This document shows, one piece after another, positions 41,539-51,949 of a DNA stretch of 64,000 nt (position 1 is the stretch's first letter; each line of letters opens with the position of its first letter). The notes under the pieces were generated by a model. It saw only the letters and a program-made list of their open reading frames with translations, made no database searches and was not told the DNA's origin. The DNA comes from Candidatus Omnitrophota bacterium (GTDB taxonomy: Bacteria > Omnitrophota > Gorgyraeia > Velamenicoccales > JABMQK01). The position numbers and the translations under genes are program-made. Location: contig JAQTSV010000001.1 in NCBI GenBank assembly GCA_028711115.1, forward strand, positions 1,176,928 through 1,240,927. Direction: 5' to 3'.

Positions 41539-43185
41539 CTAACACCTGGTACTTAACCCTATCTTTGCCTGATCCGGATCCATTTTGATAATCTGCGCTT
41601 TTATTTTATCTCCGGGTTTTAATTTCTCCATTACCTCTTTGTCTATTTCGCTGGAATAAATCAGTCCTTCCAGTTCCTCTTCAACCTTAACGAATACTCC
41701 GAAATTAGACAAGCCGGTTACCACCGCAGAATCTATAGTTGTACCGACTGGCAGACGTTTTACAATTTCAGGCCAGGGACTTTCCTGCAGCTGCTTTATG
41801 CCTAAGGATATCTTGCGATTCTGTGCATCCACAGACAAAATAACAGCCTCTACCTTCTGGCCTTTCTTTAATATTTCCTGAATATTGGTAATGCGTTTTG
41901 TCCAGGAAAGATCAGAGATGTGAATCATACCGTCGATAGCATTATCCAACTCTACAAAAGCGCCATATTCAGCAAATCCAGTAATCTTGCCGGTTACTTT
42001 GGAGCCGATAGGATATTTATTTTCTGCATCTGTCCAGGGATTGGCTTCTAATTGTTTAATGCTCAGAGACATCCTTCTTGATTCTCTGTCGATATTTATT
42101 ACCTGAACCTCTATATTTTCACCTATGGTAAACATTTCCTGTGGATTAATGTTGCGTTTTTGCCAGGATATTTCAGAAACATGAATCAACCCTTCTATGC
42201 CTTTATCCAATTCTACAAAGACGCCGTAAGGAAGGATATTGACAATCTTTCCTTTTGCATGAGAACCAGCAGGAAATCTTTTTTCAATATCCTGCCAGGG
42301 ATCGGCCATGCGCTGTTTTAATCCCAGCGAAACTTTCTTGGATTCCTTATCGATTGTCAGAACCATAACTTCAATTTTGTCGCCTACTGCCACTATTTCC
42401 GACGGATGCGAAATCCTTGACCAGCTCATATCGGTGATGTGCAGAAGGCCGTCCACGCCGCCTAAATCAATAAAAGCGCCGAAGTCGGTGATATTCTTTA
42501 CCAGGCCTGAGTAAATTCCGCCTATTTCTAAGGTCGACCATATCTTATCCCGATTTACCTCTCTCTCCTGCTGCAGTGCATCTTTGCGAGAGACTATCAG
42601 GCTGCGCCTTAGGCTGTTCATCTTAACAATCTTAAATTTAAATGAATTGTTTAAAACATCTTTGTCGCTTGTGCCTCTGAAAGAAGATAAAGAAGCAGGT
42701 AAAAATGCTTCGATGCCAAATATGTCGACTATAAAACCGCCTTTTACCTTGCGCCTTACAGAGCCGTCTACCAAATCACCTTCATTGGAAGACGAAGATA
42801 TCCTGTCCCAACCGTGGAGCCTCTGTGCCTTCTCCCGAGAAAGGACTATCATTCCTTCGTCATTTTCTTTGGCCTCCACATAGACATCAATTTCTTTGCC
42901 TAATTCCAAATCGGCCTTGGATAAAAATTCACTAATCGGGATTATACCTTCGGACTTGTACCCGATATCCACAAGCACATCCTTTGCTCCGATCTTGACG
43001 ATTTTTCCTTTCAGAATCTGACCGTCACTAACCTTTTTTAAACTAGATTCGTATAAAGTTCCTAAATCCATCTTGGTTTCTTCCACAAAAATCAATCCTC
43101 CCTTTTTGATGCCCCCATCGTTTTGATTCGCTTTGCGAATGCAAAACGAATCAGCAAGGGTCATCTTATTTATCTTAAAAGTCAC
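41539..43185 (-). CDS. rpsA: 30S ribosomal protein S1
   Basis: Contains six S1-domain repeats (G.V...T.FGAF(V/I)(D/E)L...G(L/M)(I/L)H(I/V)S(D/E)). The real start is probably internal: a GTG at 43086 preceded by GGGAGG, or the ATG at 43071. Confidence 0.88.
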   Translation of the reverse strand: MTFKINKMTLADSFCIRKANQNDGGIKKGGLIFVEETKMDLGTLYESSLKKVSDGQILKGKIVKIGAKDVLVDIGYKSEGIIPISEFLSKADLELGKEIDVYVEAKENDEGMIVLSREKAQRLHGWDRISSSSNEGDLVDGSVRRKVKGGFIVDIFGIEAFLPASLSSFRGTSDKDVLNNSFKFKIVKMNSLRRSLIVSRKDALQQEREVNRDKIWSTLEIGGIYSGLVKNITDFGAFIDLGGVDGLLHITDMSWSRISHPSEIVAVGDKIEVMVLTIDKESKKVSLGLKQRMADPWQDIEKRFPAGSHAKGKIVNILPYGVFVELDKGIEGLIHVSEISWQKRNINPQEMFTIGENIEVQVINIDRESRRMSLSIKQLEANPWTDAENKYPIGSKVTGKITGFAEYGAFVELDNAIDGMIHISDLSWTKRITNIQEILKKGQKVEAVILSVDAQNRKISLGIKQLQESPWPEIVKRLPVGTTIDSAVVTGLSNFGVFVKVEEELEGLIYSSEIDKEVMEKLKPGDKIKAQIIKMDPDQAKIGLSTRC

Positions 43186-43289
43186 CTAAAGTGACCAAAG
43201 ATAGCATTAGATTATCTTTTAATTTAGGCTATTTGTCAACAACTAATTCTTAAGCTTTGATTTCCAGAAACAAAGAAATAAAAAATCAA

Positions 43290-43898
43290 TCAGGGGTTGC
43301 CAGCCAAATCCTTTATCGCCGACATAATCTTATCTGTAATTTCTGAATAACCTTGCGGCCCTTGATGATAAAAAAGTAACGGCCTGCCGAACCTTACGCC
43401 TAGTTTGCAGAATTTTACAGCTTTTGATTTTACGCTTAATGTATTTTCTGCACCTGTTATAAATGCCGGTATTATGGGAATTTTTGTCTTGGTGGCCAGT
43501 AATGCTATACCGGGGAAACCTTCCTTTATACTTCCGTCCGGGCTGCGTTCTCCCTCGGGAAAAATCAACAGAGGTTCGCCATTTCTAATCTTTCTGATGC
43601 TTTCTTTTATTGCTCCAATATCTCCTTTTCCTCTTTTCACAGGAAACGCCCTAAGGTTTCTGATAAGCAAGCTAAACCATTTATTATAAAAAAGCTCTTC
43701 TTTGGCTAAAAAATTCAACTTACGCCTACCGCATCGATAACAGGCTGCAGCCAAAATTGGCGGATCAAGATAGCTGGAATGATTGCTGGCCAAAATAAAT
43801 GCGCCTTGAGAAGGGACATTCTCTGCGCCTTCTATTTTAAAGCGAAAAAATAACTTGAATATAATGAATAAAAAGTTAACTGTAGCTATATAGAACAT
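43290..43898 (-). CDS. plsC: 1-acyl-sn-glycerol-3-phosphate acyltransferase
   Basis: 202 aa. Has NHSSYLD (HX4D) and FPEGERS motifs. Confidence 0.85.
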   Translation of the reverse strand: MFYIATVNFLFIIFKLFFRFKIEGAENVPSQGAFILASNHSSYLDPPILAAACYRCGRRKLNFLAKEELFYNKWFSLLIRNLRAFPVKRGKGDIGAIKESIRKIRNGEPLLIFPEGERSPDGSIKEGFPGIALLATKTKIPIIPAFITGAENTLSVKSKAVKFCKLGVRFGRPLLFYHQGPQGYSEITDKIMSAIKDLAGNP

Positions 43899-43901
43899 TA
43901 A

Positions 43902-45332
43902 CTATTTTAATACCAGGGTTTTCCCTAAATTAAGCAGGTTCGTTGCTTTTTCGTGAGATTTTGCCTCGGCATAAATACGCATAAGCGGTTCTGTCCCCGA
44001 TGGCCTTAGCATCAGCCAGCTTTCATCTTCGCAAAACAACTTGATACCGTCGATATCTGTTATCTTCACCACTTTTGAATCAAGCAGCGTCTTTGGCCTA
44101 ATTGTTTTGACATCTTTCATCTTCCGGCCTGGTTTTAATTTTAAATCTTCTCTTAAATAGTGATATCTTCCGAATCTATCTTCCATTTCTGATACGATGT
44201 CTTTTATGTTTTTATTGCGATATACCATCATCTCAAGCAAAAGTAAACCCGCTAAAGTCCCGTCTCTCTCCGGAACATAATTCTTAAAACCCATACCGCC
44301 GGCTTCTTCTCCACCCACCAAAATATCTTCTTTTTCCATAAGATGGGAAATATATTTAAAACCTACCGGTGTCTCATGCAACTTCAATCCAAGATATTTG
44401 GCGATATGATCAATCATGGTGGTGCCTGCCACTGTCTTTACGATGCCACCGGACAATAATCTGTCTTCCTTCAGATGCAAGGCCAATAATCCTAATATCT
44501 TTTGCGGATGGATAAATTCTCCGCCGGAAGCTACGGCGGCTATCCTGTCAGCGTCTCCGTCGAGAACTAAACCCAAATCAAAATTTTCATTCTTCATCCG
44601 CCCTATAATCTTGGACAAATTTTGTTTTACCGGCTCAGGGCCTTTGCCTTCAAAATATGTATTGCGTTCGCTGCGCATTATCTCTAAATCAATTGCCGTG
44701 CCAGCGATTACTTCTCTCATATAGCCATTGCCGCTTCCATACATACAATCCAATAAAACCTTAAATCTGCTGTTTTTCAATCTGTCTAAATCTAGGTATG
44801 AACGCAGGAATTTTATATAATCGCTTATGATATTTTCTTTTGTAATTAACTTTTTCTCCAGGGCCTGGCTCAAAGGCATAAACCTGGGTTTATTTTTACA
44901 CAATAATTTTTCTACCTTTTTAGTAACGCTGATATCTGCCGAGCCTCCTGTATGGCTTTTTATTTTAAAGCCGTTAAATTCCGGAGGGTTATGGCTTGCT
45001 GTAATCATTATACCTAAATCCAGTTTCCTAGTCTTTACAGCAAAACTAATTGTAGGTGTAGGCGTCAGCCTGTCAGATAAAATCACATTTATGCCGTTTG
45101 CAGCAAATACACAGGCTACTATCTCAGCAAAATTCTCCGACATAAATCTCGTATCGTATCCCACGGCTATATTCAATTTTTTGTTTTTAGATTTAGCCTG
45201 TGAACTTTTCAGAAAATCAGCTGTCGCCTGTGAGACAATTTTCAGATTCTCGAAAGTGAAAGTATCCGCGATAACCGCCCGCCAACCATCGGTACCAAAT
45301 TTGATTTTTTCCTTAATGCTATTTTTAGACAT
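43902..45332 (-). CDS. phosphoglucomutase/phosphomannomutase family protein
   Basis: 476 aa. Has FGTDGWR, the TASHNPPEFNG phosphoserine loop and the DGDADR metal loop. Confidence 0.85.
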   Translation of the reverse strand: MSKNSIKEKIKFGTDGWRAVIADTFTFENLKIVSQATADFLKSSQAKSKNKKLNIAVGYDTRFMSENFAEIVACVFAANGINVILSDRLTPTPTISFAVKTRKLDLGIMITASHNPPEFNGFKIKSHTGGSADISVTKKVEKLLCKNKPRFMPLSQALEKKLITKENIISDYIKFLRSYLDLDRLKNSRFKVLLDCMYGSGNGYMREVIAGTAIDLEIMRSERNTYFEGKGPEPVKQNLSKIIGRMKNENFDLGLVLDGDADRIAAVASGGEFIHPQKILGLLALHLKEDRLLSGGIVKTVAGTTMIDHIAKYLGLKLHETPVGFKYISHLMEKEDILVGGEEAGGMGFKNYVPERDGTLAGLLLLEMMVYRNKNIKDIVSEMEDRFGRYHYLREDLKLKPGRKMKDVKTIRPKTLLDSKVVKITDIDGIKLFCEDESWLMLRPSGTEPLMRIYAEAKSHEKATNLLNLGKTLVLK

Positions 45333-45969
45333 TTTTTAAACTCCTTATGGCTTCTGACATGTTGTTTGCCTTGAATATAAATGTGCCTGCGGCAAGAATA
45401 TTTGCTCCTGCCCCAACCACTAACTTTGCATTTTTGTCGTTAATACCACCATCTATCTCGATATCTTTCTTATAGATTTTCCTTAAGGATTTGATTTTGG
45501 GTAAAACGCCATCCATAAACTTCTGGCCGCCGAATCCTGGATTTACGGTCATAATCAAAACCCAGTCTAAATATTTTAACAAAGGTGTAATTTTTTTAAG
45601 CGGCGTAGGCGGATTAATGGCTATCGCCGGCCTCTTACCTAAACTTTTAATCATCTTGATTATCTTTTTTGATTTTTCGATGTCGTATTTTACCGCTTCG
45701 ATATGAAAACTGATTATGTCCGAACCCGCCTGGGAAAAAGCTTCGATATAATTTTGCGGATCGGCAATCATAAGGTGCGCATGAATAACCAAATCGGAGG
45801 CGTTGTTAATTTTTGAAACCACATCAGGCCCGATAGTTATATTGGGAACGAAATTTCCGTCCATTATATCGACGTGCAGAAAATCCGCGCCGGCTGCTTC
45901 TGCCTTTTTAATTTCGCTGGCCAAATTTCCAAAATCACAGGCTAAAACCGAAGGCCCAACTTTAATCAT
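45325..45969 (-). CDS. rpe: ribulose-phosphate 3-epimerase
   Basis: 214 aa. Has LHVDIMDG, HLMI and VNPGFGGQKF. Confidence 0.9.
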   Translation of the reverse strand: MIKVGPSVLACDFGNLASEIKKAEAAGADFLHVDIMDGNFVPNITIGPDVVSKINNASDLVIHAHLMIADPQNYIEAFSQAGSDIISFHIEAVKYDIEKSKKIIKMIKSLGKRPAIAINPPTPLKKITPLLKYLDWVLIMTVNPGFGGQKFMDGVLPKIKSLRKIYKKDIEIDGGINDKNAKLVVGAGANILAAGTFIFKANNMSEAIRSLKNV

Positions 45970-46532
45970 TGATAGAGCCCCTTGTTTTTAATATATTTGT
46001 ATACTCTCATCGGCATCAAATAGCGCACTGATTGACCCTGTTTAATTTTTCTCCTTATCATGGAAGAAGAAATATCCAGTTCTGTAATGGAAATCACCGA
46101 GATATCCTTGTTGTATTTCTTTAATCTGTAACCTGGCCTCTTGGCTAAAACAAATTTACAAAGACCAAGAATTTCGTTAATTGCCCTCCACTTACCGATT
46201 TGCCCGGAAACGTCAGAACCACTGATAAAAAAAAGCTCTGATTTGGGATAAATCCTCTTGAATCCTTTTAGCGTATCTACTAAATATGAAAAACCCTTTC
46301 TTTTTATCTCGATATCAGAAATCTCAAAACGCGGATTGCCTTTTATGGCCAAACTCACCAGCTTATACCTGTGGACTGCCGAGACTACGCCGGGATTATT
46401 TTTATGCGGCGGCTGGAAACTGGGAATAAATATTACCTTGCCAAGATTTAACTTCTCAAAGGCCTGTTCTGCCAATACCAAGTGCCCGAAATGTATGGGA
46501 TTGAAAGTCCCGCCAAAAATACCTATTCTCAT
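45966..46532 (-). CDS. nadD: nicotinate-nucleotide adenylyltransferase
   Basis: 188 aa. Has the GIFGGTFNPIHFGH motif and ISSSMIR. Confidence 0.9.
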   Translation of the reverse strand: MRIGIFGGTFNPIHFGHLVLAEQAFEKLNLGKVIFIPSFQPPHKNNPGVVSAVHRYKLVSLAIKGNPRFEISDIEIKRKGFSYLVDTLKGFKRIYPKSELFFISGSDVSGQIGKWRAINEILGLCKFVLAKRPGYRLKKYNKDISVISITELDISSSMIRRKIKQGQSVRYLMPMRVYKYIKNKGLYQ

Positions 46533-46549
46533 AAAAAACCGCCAAACGG

Positions 46550-47824
46550 CTACTCTCTGATTTGTCCGTTTCCTTCGATAATATATTTATAAGTAGTCAA
46601 TTCTTCCAGGGCCATGGGGCCGCGCGCATGCAATTTATCCGTCGAGATTCCCATTTCTGCCCCCATGCCGAATTGATAACCATCGGTAAATCGCGTTGAT
46701 GCATTTACAAACACACAGGCAGAATCAACTTCTTTCAAGAATCTTTCCGCATTTTCTCTATTGTCTGTGATAATACTGTCCGAATGGTGAGAGCCGTAAT
46801 AATTAATATGTTTTATGGCATCACTCAAAGAATCCACCACTTTAACGGAGAGAATCAAATCCAGATATTCTGTAGACCAGTCTTTTTCTGTGGCGGATTT
46901 TATATTCTTGAAATTCCTGGCAATCTTTCTGGTGACAGCGCAACCGCGGATTTCACAGCCGGCATTTTGCAATTCTTTAATCATACCCGGTAAAAACCTT
47001 ATGGCAACATCTTTGTGCACCAAGAGCGTTTCCATGGCATTGCAGACGCCAGGGCGCTCGACCTTAGCATTAAAGGCAATCTTTCCCGCCATATTCAAAT
47101 CCGCCTCTGAATCAACATAAACATGACAGATGCCTTTATAATGTTTGATTACAGGTATGCGTGATTTATTTTTTACTTCCCTGATTAGGCCTTCGCCTCC
47201 CCGGGGAATCACCACATCAATCAAATCGTCTAATTGCAAAAGTACATCCACAGCTTTGCGCTCCGAAGAATCTATGAAATTGATACTGCCCTGAGGAATT
47301 CCGTTTTTCAGAGCCACGCTGTTTAGAATACTAAATATCGCCTTGTTGGAATTTAATGCATCGGAACCGCCGCGCAAAATTACGCAATTAGAGGATTTAA
47401 GGCATAATCCGATGCAATCAGCGGTAACATTCGGACGCGACTCATAAATTATTAATATCACTCCTATGGGCACGCGTACTTTGGAAATTTTTAATCCGTT
47501 TGGCCTTTGCCAGGATTTAATAATGCTAGCGACGGGATCGTCTAATTTTGACACTTCCACTAACGAATCACTCATCTCCTGGATTCTTTCATCAGAAAGA
47601 GTGAGCCTTTCAATAAAAGCCTCCGATATTTTATTTTTGCGCGCAGCCTGCAAATCCTTCTTATTGGCTGAAATAATTTTTTCTTTTTCTCTGATTAACG
47701 CCTCAGCCATCTCTTTTAATACAGTATTTTTTGTAGCTGTATCGACGAGATTTAATTTAAAAGAAGCATCTTTTGCTAGATTCGCTATCTTTTTTAATTT
47801 TAGTTTTAATTGTTTTTCTTCCAT
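46550..47824 (-). CDS. proA: gamma-glutamyl phosphate reductase
   Basis: 424 aa. Aldehyde-dehydrogenase-like, with the catalytic Cys context PGVCNAMETLLVH. Confidence 0.9.
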   Translation of the reverse strand: MEEKQLKLKLKKIANLAKDASFKLNLVDTATKNTVLKEMAEALIREKEKIISANKKDLQAARKNKISEAFIERLTLSDERIQEMSDSLVEVSKLDDPVASIIKSWQRPNGLKISKVRVPIGVILIIYESRPNVTADCIGLCLKSSNCVILRGGSDALNSNKAIFSILNSVALKNGIPQGSINFIDSSERKAVDVLLQLDDLIDVVIPRGGEGLIREVKNKSRIPVIKHYKGICHVYVDSEADLNMAGKIAFNAKVERPGVCNAMETLLVHKDVAIRFLPGMIKELQNAGCEIRGCAVTRKIARNFKNIKSATEKDWSTEYLDLILSVKVVDSLSDAIKHINYYGSHHSDSIITDNRENAERFLKEVDSACVFVNASTRFTDGYQFGMGAEMGISTDKLHARGPMALEELTTYKYIIEGNGQIRE

Positions 47825-47825
47825 T

Positions 47826-48920
47826 TTATTTTAAGAGCACTAAATTGTTACGATGCACGACTTCTTTTTCTGATTTTTTGCCTTTTATTTTATCTAATTG
47901 CTGGCTGGAATAATTTGTAATTCCTCGTGCTAAAATGTTATTATTCGCGTCACTTATATCTACGACATCTCCCTCTGAAAATTCTCTCATCACACCGACT
48001 ACTCCTGGAGAAAGAAGGCTTGCGCTTTTATTTAAGATTGCCTTAACTGCTCCATCATCAATAATAATTTTGCCTTTTACTCTTGCACCAAAAGCTATCC
48101 AGTGTTTTTTTGATGCCCTTAATTTACTGGAAGCACTAAAATGAGTTCCTGCACATTTATCTAAATCAACAAAATCAATTTTTAGCCCTTCTTTAGACAA
48201 ACCACTGGTCAGTACTACATCAATACCAACATTAGTAGCAATTTTAATAGGATCGATTTTACTCCTTAATCCTCCAATGGCTGTTGTGCTATTTGTGCCA
48301 CAAGCCATTCGTATTATTTCTGGAGTAATAATATCTACATTCTTCAATAAATTTGTATACTGTTTTTTCTTTTTATCATATTCTTGACACAAACCCTCTG
48401 CGTCTGTCAATATCTCTAATCCATCTGCCTCAATTAACATTGCAACCAATGCAGAGAGCATATCATTATCGCCGAATTTTATTTCATCTACAGAGACTGT
48501 ATCGTTTTCGTTTATGATGGGAATAACCTTTAAATCAAATAGTTCTAAGATTGTATTTTTTGCGTTAATGTATCTTTTCCTCTCGTGGAAATCATCCCTG
48601 GTCAATAGAATCTGCGCGCATTTTAAATTATATTTGCTAAATACGCGTGTATAATTCTGCATGAGTATGTTTTGTCCGATGGCTGCGGCAGCCTGCAATT
48701 CGGATAACTTTGTGGACCTTTTTTCCAGGCCCATAGAAGATAAACCGCAGGCAATAGCACCGGATGTCACCAGGACAACTTCCTTGCCTTGAGAAGACAG
48801 ATCGGCAACGTGTTTTACAATTCTCTCCAGATTAGACTCGACAAGAGAGTTTTTGCCTTCTGTAAGAACGCTCGAACCAACCTTAACCACTATTCTTTTA
48901 TAGTTTTTTGCTGATTTCAT
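47826..48920 (-). CDS. proB: glutamate 5-kinase (with PUA domain)
   Basis: 364 aa. Has a VVKVGSS start, TSGAIA and a C-terminal PUA-like region. Confidence 0.9.
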   Translation of the reverse strand: MKSAKNYKRIVVKVGSSVLTEGKNSLVESNLERIVKHVADLSSQGKEVVLVTSGAIACGLSSMGLEKRSTKLSELQAAAAIGQNILMQNYTRVFSKYNLKCAQILLTRDDFHERKRYINAKNTILELFDLKVIPIINENDTVSVDEIKFGDNDMLSALVAMLIEADGLEILTDAEGLCQEYDKKKKQYTNLLKNVDIITPEIIRMACGTNSTTAIGGLRSKIDPIKIATNVGIDVVLTSGLSKEGLKIDFVDLDKCAGTHFSASSKLRASKKHWIAFGARVKGKIIIDDGAVKAILNKSASLLSPGVVGVMREFSEGDVVDISDANNNILARGITNYSSQQLDKIKGKKSEKEVVHRNNLVLLK

Positions 48921-49866
48921 CGATTAAAATATCCAGATTATTTTTTTCTTTTGCCGAAATATCAATTATTTTATTTTTGAACTTACGTTTGAATCTTTTT
49001 AAATTATCCTTTGCGGGCTCTAAATCCATCTTATTGGCTACTAAAATCTGCGGTTTCTTCAATATTTCTTTGGAATATAAACCCAGCTCTTTATTAAGAA
49101 TTTCATAATCAGACAGAGGGTCGCGGTTTTCCGTGCCGGCCATATCTATAAGATGAATTAAAACTTTAGTCCTCTCGACGTGCCTTAAAAACTTATCGCC
49201 CAATCCGCGCCCCTGGTGCGCGCCTTCGATGAGCCCGGGAATATCCACGATAGTAAAACTATCGTCGCTGAACTTACCTTCTTCTGTATTCACCACGCCC
49301 AGAACAGGATCTTTGGTTGTAAACGGATACGAGGCAATGCGTGGCCTTGCGCTCGATATCTGAGATATCAGAGTAGATTTACCGGCGTTGGGAAAACCAA
49401 TAATCCCCACATCAGCAATGAGCTTTAAATCTAAAATTATATCTCTTGCCTCGCCGAGATGGCCTGGTTGCGCTTCCCTTTTTGTATGGTTACCGCAACC
49501 GCCTCTGCCGCCTTTGGCGACAACTACTTCTTTGCCTTCTAAGTTTAAATCCTCTAAAAGGTATCCGGAGGTTTCATCGATTACCTGCGTTCCTAAGGGA
49601 ATCAGGATAACAATGTCTTCGCCGTTTTTACCTCTTTTATTATTGCCTGAACCGTGTTTGCCACTGGCTGCGGCAAATTCATGGCGATACTTAAAATCAA
49701 GCAGCGTAAATACATTCCTCGAGGCCTTAAAGATAACATTTCCCCCGTCGCCGCCATTGCCACCGTCGGGTATTTTATTCCGGCTCATTTTATCACTGTA
49801 AAAACTTGAGCAACCATTTCCGCCGGCGCCACCTTTAACTAAAATCTTAACTCTATCAATGAACAT
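48898..49866 (-). CDS. obg: GTPase Obg/CgtA
   Basis: 322 aa. Has a glycine-rich Obg fold (GGAGGNGC, GGNGGDGG), G1 GFPNAGKST, G3 DIPGLIEGA and G4 NKMD. Confidence 0.92.
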   Translation of the reverse strand: MFIDRVKILVKGGAGGNGCSSFYSDKMSRNKIPDGGNGGDGGNVIFKASRNVFTLLDFKYRHEFAAASGKHGSGNNKRGKNGEDIVILIPLGTQVIDETSGYLLEDLNLEGKEVVVAKGGRGGCGNHTKREAQPGHLGEARDIILDLKLIADVGIIGFPNAGKSTLISQISSARPRIASYPFTTKDPVLGVVNTEEGKFSDDSFTIVDIPGLIEGAHQGRGLGDKFLRHVERTKVLIHLIDMAGTENRDPLSDYEILNKELGLYSKEILKKPQILVANKMDLEPAKDNLKRFKRKFKNKIIDISAKEKNNLDILIDEISKKL

Positions 49867-49872
49867 TAAATG

Positions 49873-50196
49873 TTATTCTTTTTTCAACGTTATCTCTTTA
49901 ATCTTAACTTTAGTCAGATTCTGCCTGTGGCCTATGGTCTTATGGTAACTCTTTCTGCGTTTATATTTATAGGTGACTATTTTCTTCTCGCGTATATCGC
50001 CTAAGACCTCGGCTTTGACTTTGGCGCCTTTAATAATGGGCTGGCCTATAATCACTTCATCATTATCCACACCCAATAACACCTCGTTAAAGGATACTTC
50101 TTTCTTGGACTTTCCCAAATCCAGCTTTTCTACATTGATAATATCGCCTTCCTGAACTTTGTATTGCTTACCGCCAGTTTGAATCACAGCATACAT
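49873..50196 (-). CDS. rplU: 50S ribosomal protein L21
   Basis: 107 aa. Starts with MYAVIQTGGKQYKVQEGD. Confidence 0.93.
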   Translation of the reverse strand: MYAVIQTGGKQYKVQEGDIINVEKLDLGKSKKEVSFNEVLLGVDNDEVIIGQPIIKGAKVKAEVLGDIREKKIVTYKYKRRKSYHKTIGHRQNLTKVKIKEITLKKE

Positions 50197-50458
50197 ATTA
50201 TTGCTCCTTTTTTTCCGAATTATCCGATTAACAGTAAGTTACGGCTGAGACCGTTTGAAGAATTCCTGCTAAAATCTTATGGCTGCGTAAAGACTTTGGT
50301 TTTCTTGAGGCTGAAAGCCGTTATTTTGGTATCGAGGCCTAGCTAGTTAACTCGGTAAATATAACATATAAAAAAGCCAGCGTCAACACTTTCAATCTAA
50401 GGCTGACGGCCTGATTTAAAATATTAACTTCCGGGAAATTTTATGCAAAAACAGGTAA

Positions 50459-51937
50459 TCAGGAAATTCTTATGTCTTCTATATGCAGGCCCGGCTGGGC
50501 AACGATATTTATTCTCTTCCTGAATTTTCTTTCCAGGTCGCGGATAGAATTTCTGTTATCCACCATAATCTTATTGGCCACGTTGGGATGCAAAGTCACA
50601 TCAACCTTGCGTGCTTTGAAATTATTGAGGTTGTTGCGCAAATGTCTGAATACATATCCTGCCATAGCCACTTCTGACTTCACCTTACCTTTGCCGCGGC
50701 AATAAGGACAATCTTTATAGGAAATACTTTCTATGGACCTGTGCACTCTTTCCCGCGTCATCTCAACTAAACCCAGCCGCGATATTCCCACGACATCCGT
50801 CTTTGCCTTATCCTGGGTAAGGGCCATTTTAAGAATTTTGAGCAATTCTCTCCTGTGGCCTTCCTGCTGCATATCAATAAAATCGATAACGATAATTCCG
50901 CTTAAATCCCGTAGCCTTAGCTGGCGCGCAACCTCTTCTGCGGATTCACTGTTCACCTTAAAGGCGGCATCTTCCTGTTTTGATTTCTTCTGGCTGAAAC
51001 TTCCGGAGTTAACATCTACGACAATCAGCCCTTCTGTCTGCTCTATGACGATGTGGCCTCCGCAGCGAAGATAAATTTTATTTCTGTATATATTTTCCAC
51101 CTCTTTTTCCACGCCGTGCTTATCAAACAAAGATGCGGGATCACGGTGAAATACAATTTTTCTTACCAATTGCCTTAAGAAAGCACTGACAAATTTATAA
51201 ATTCTTTTATATTCGATTTTGGAGTCGACGATTAATCTGTCTATATCCTCGGTAAAATAATCGCGTACAGTCCTCAAGACCAAATCATAGTCTTCATATA
51301 ATAAATAGGGAGATTTGTATTTTACCGAAACCTTTTTTATCCTATCCCATAGATTCAGTAAGAAATGTAGATCGCGGGTAAGGGATTTTCTGTCTTTGCC
51401 CCAGGCCGCAGTCCTGACGATAATACCATAATCCTGGCCAAGGTTAAAAGAACGTAGGATTTCTCTTATCCTCTTTCTCTCCTCCGGCTCCTCGATTTTC
51501 CGGGAAATACCAAAATGCCTGTCGAATGGCATAAGTACTAAGTAGCGGCCGGGAAGGGAAACATGAGTAGTAAGCCTTGCGCCTTTGCCGGAAAACGGCT
51601 CTTTGGTTACCTGTACCAATACTTCCTGATCCTTCTTTAATTCCAGCATCTGCGAATTTTTTTTCTGATTCTCGGAGCTGAACTCCTCCAGTTCATTTTC
51701 ATCAAAACGAAAATCTGTAACATCATTTAAATACAGGAATCCATTCTTTTCCTGGCCGATATCCACGAATGCCGCACCCACAGAAGGCACCACATCCTGA
51801 ATCCTGCCTTTATAGATATTGCCTACTATCGTCCTGTCCTCCGGATGCTCAATAAAAAAATCTGCCAGCTTATTATTTTCTACAATGGCGATACGTTTTT
51901 CTTTTTCTTCCACATTAATAAGTATTTCTCTAGACAT
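50459..51937 (-). CDS. rng: ribonuclease G/E family endoribonuclease
   Basis: About 492 aa. Has an S1 domain (GNIYKGRIQDVVPSVGAAFVDIG), VVDVNSG and a zinc-link CPYCRGKG. Its size fits RNase G. Confidence 0.88.
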   Translation of the reverse strand: MSREILINVEEKEKRIAIVENNKLADFFIEHPEDRTIVGNIYKGRIQDVVPSVGAAFVDIGQEKNGFLYLNDVTDFRFDENELEEFSSENQKKNSQMLELKKDQEVLVQVTKEPFSGKGARLTTHVSLPGRYLVLMPFDRHFGISRKIEEPEERKRIREILRSFNLGQDYGIIVRTAAWGKDRKSLTRDLHFLLNLWDRIKKVSVKYKSPYLLYEDYDLVLRTVRDYFTEDIDRLIVDSKIEYKRIYKFVSAFLRQLVRKIVFHRDPASLFDKHGVEKEVENIYRNKIYLRCGGHIVIEQTEGLIVVDVNSGSFSQKKSKQEDAAFKVNSESAEEVARQLRLRDLSGIIVIDFIDMQQEGHRRELLKILKMALTQDKAKTDVVGISRLGLVEMTRERVHRSIESISYKDCPYCRGKGKVKSEVAMAGYVFRHLRNNLNNFKARKVDVTLHPNVANKIMVDNRNSIRDLERKFRKRINIVAQPGLHIEDIRIS

Positions 51938-51949
51938 AATTTTCAATCC

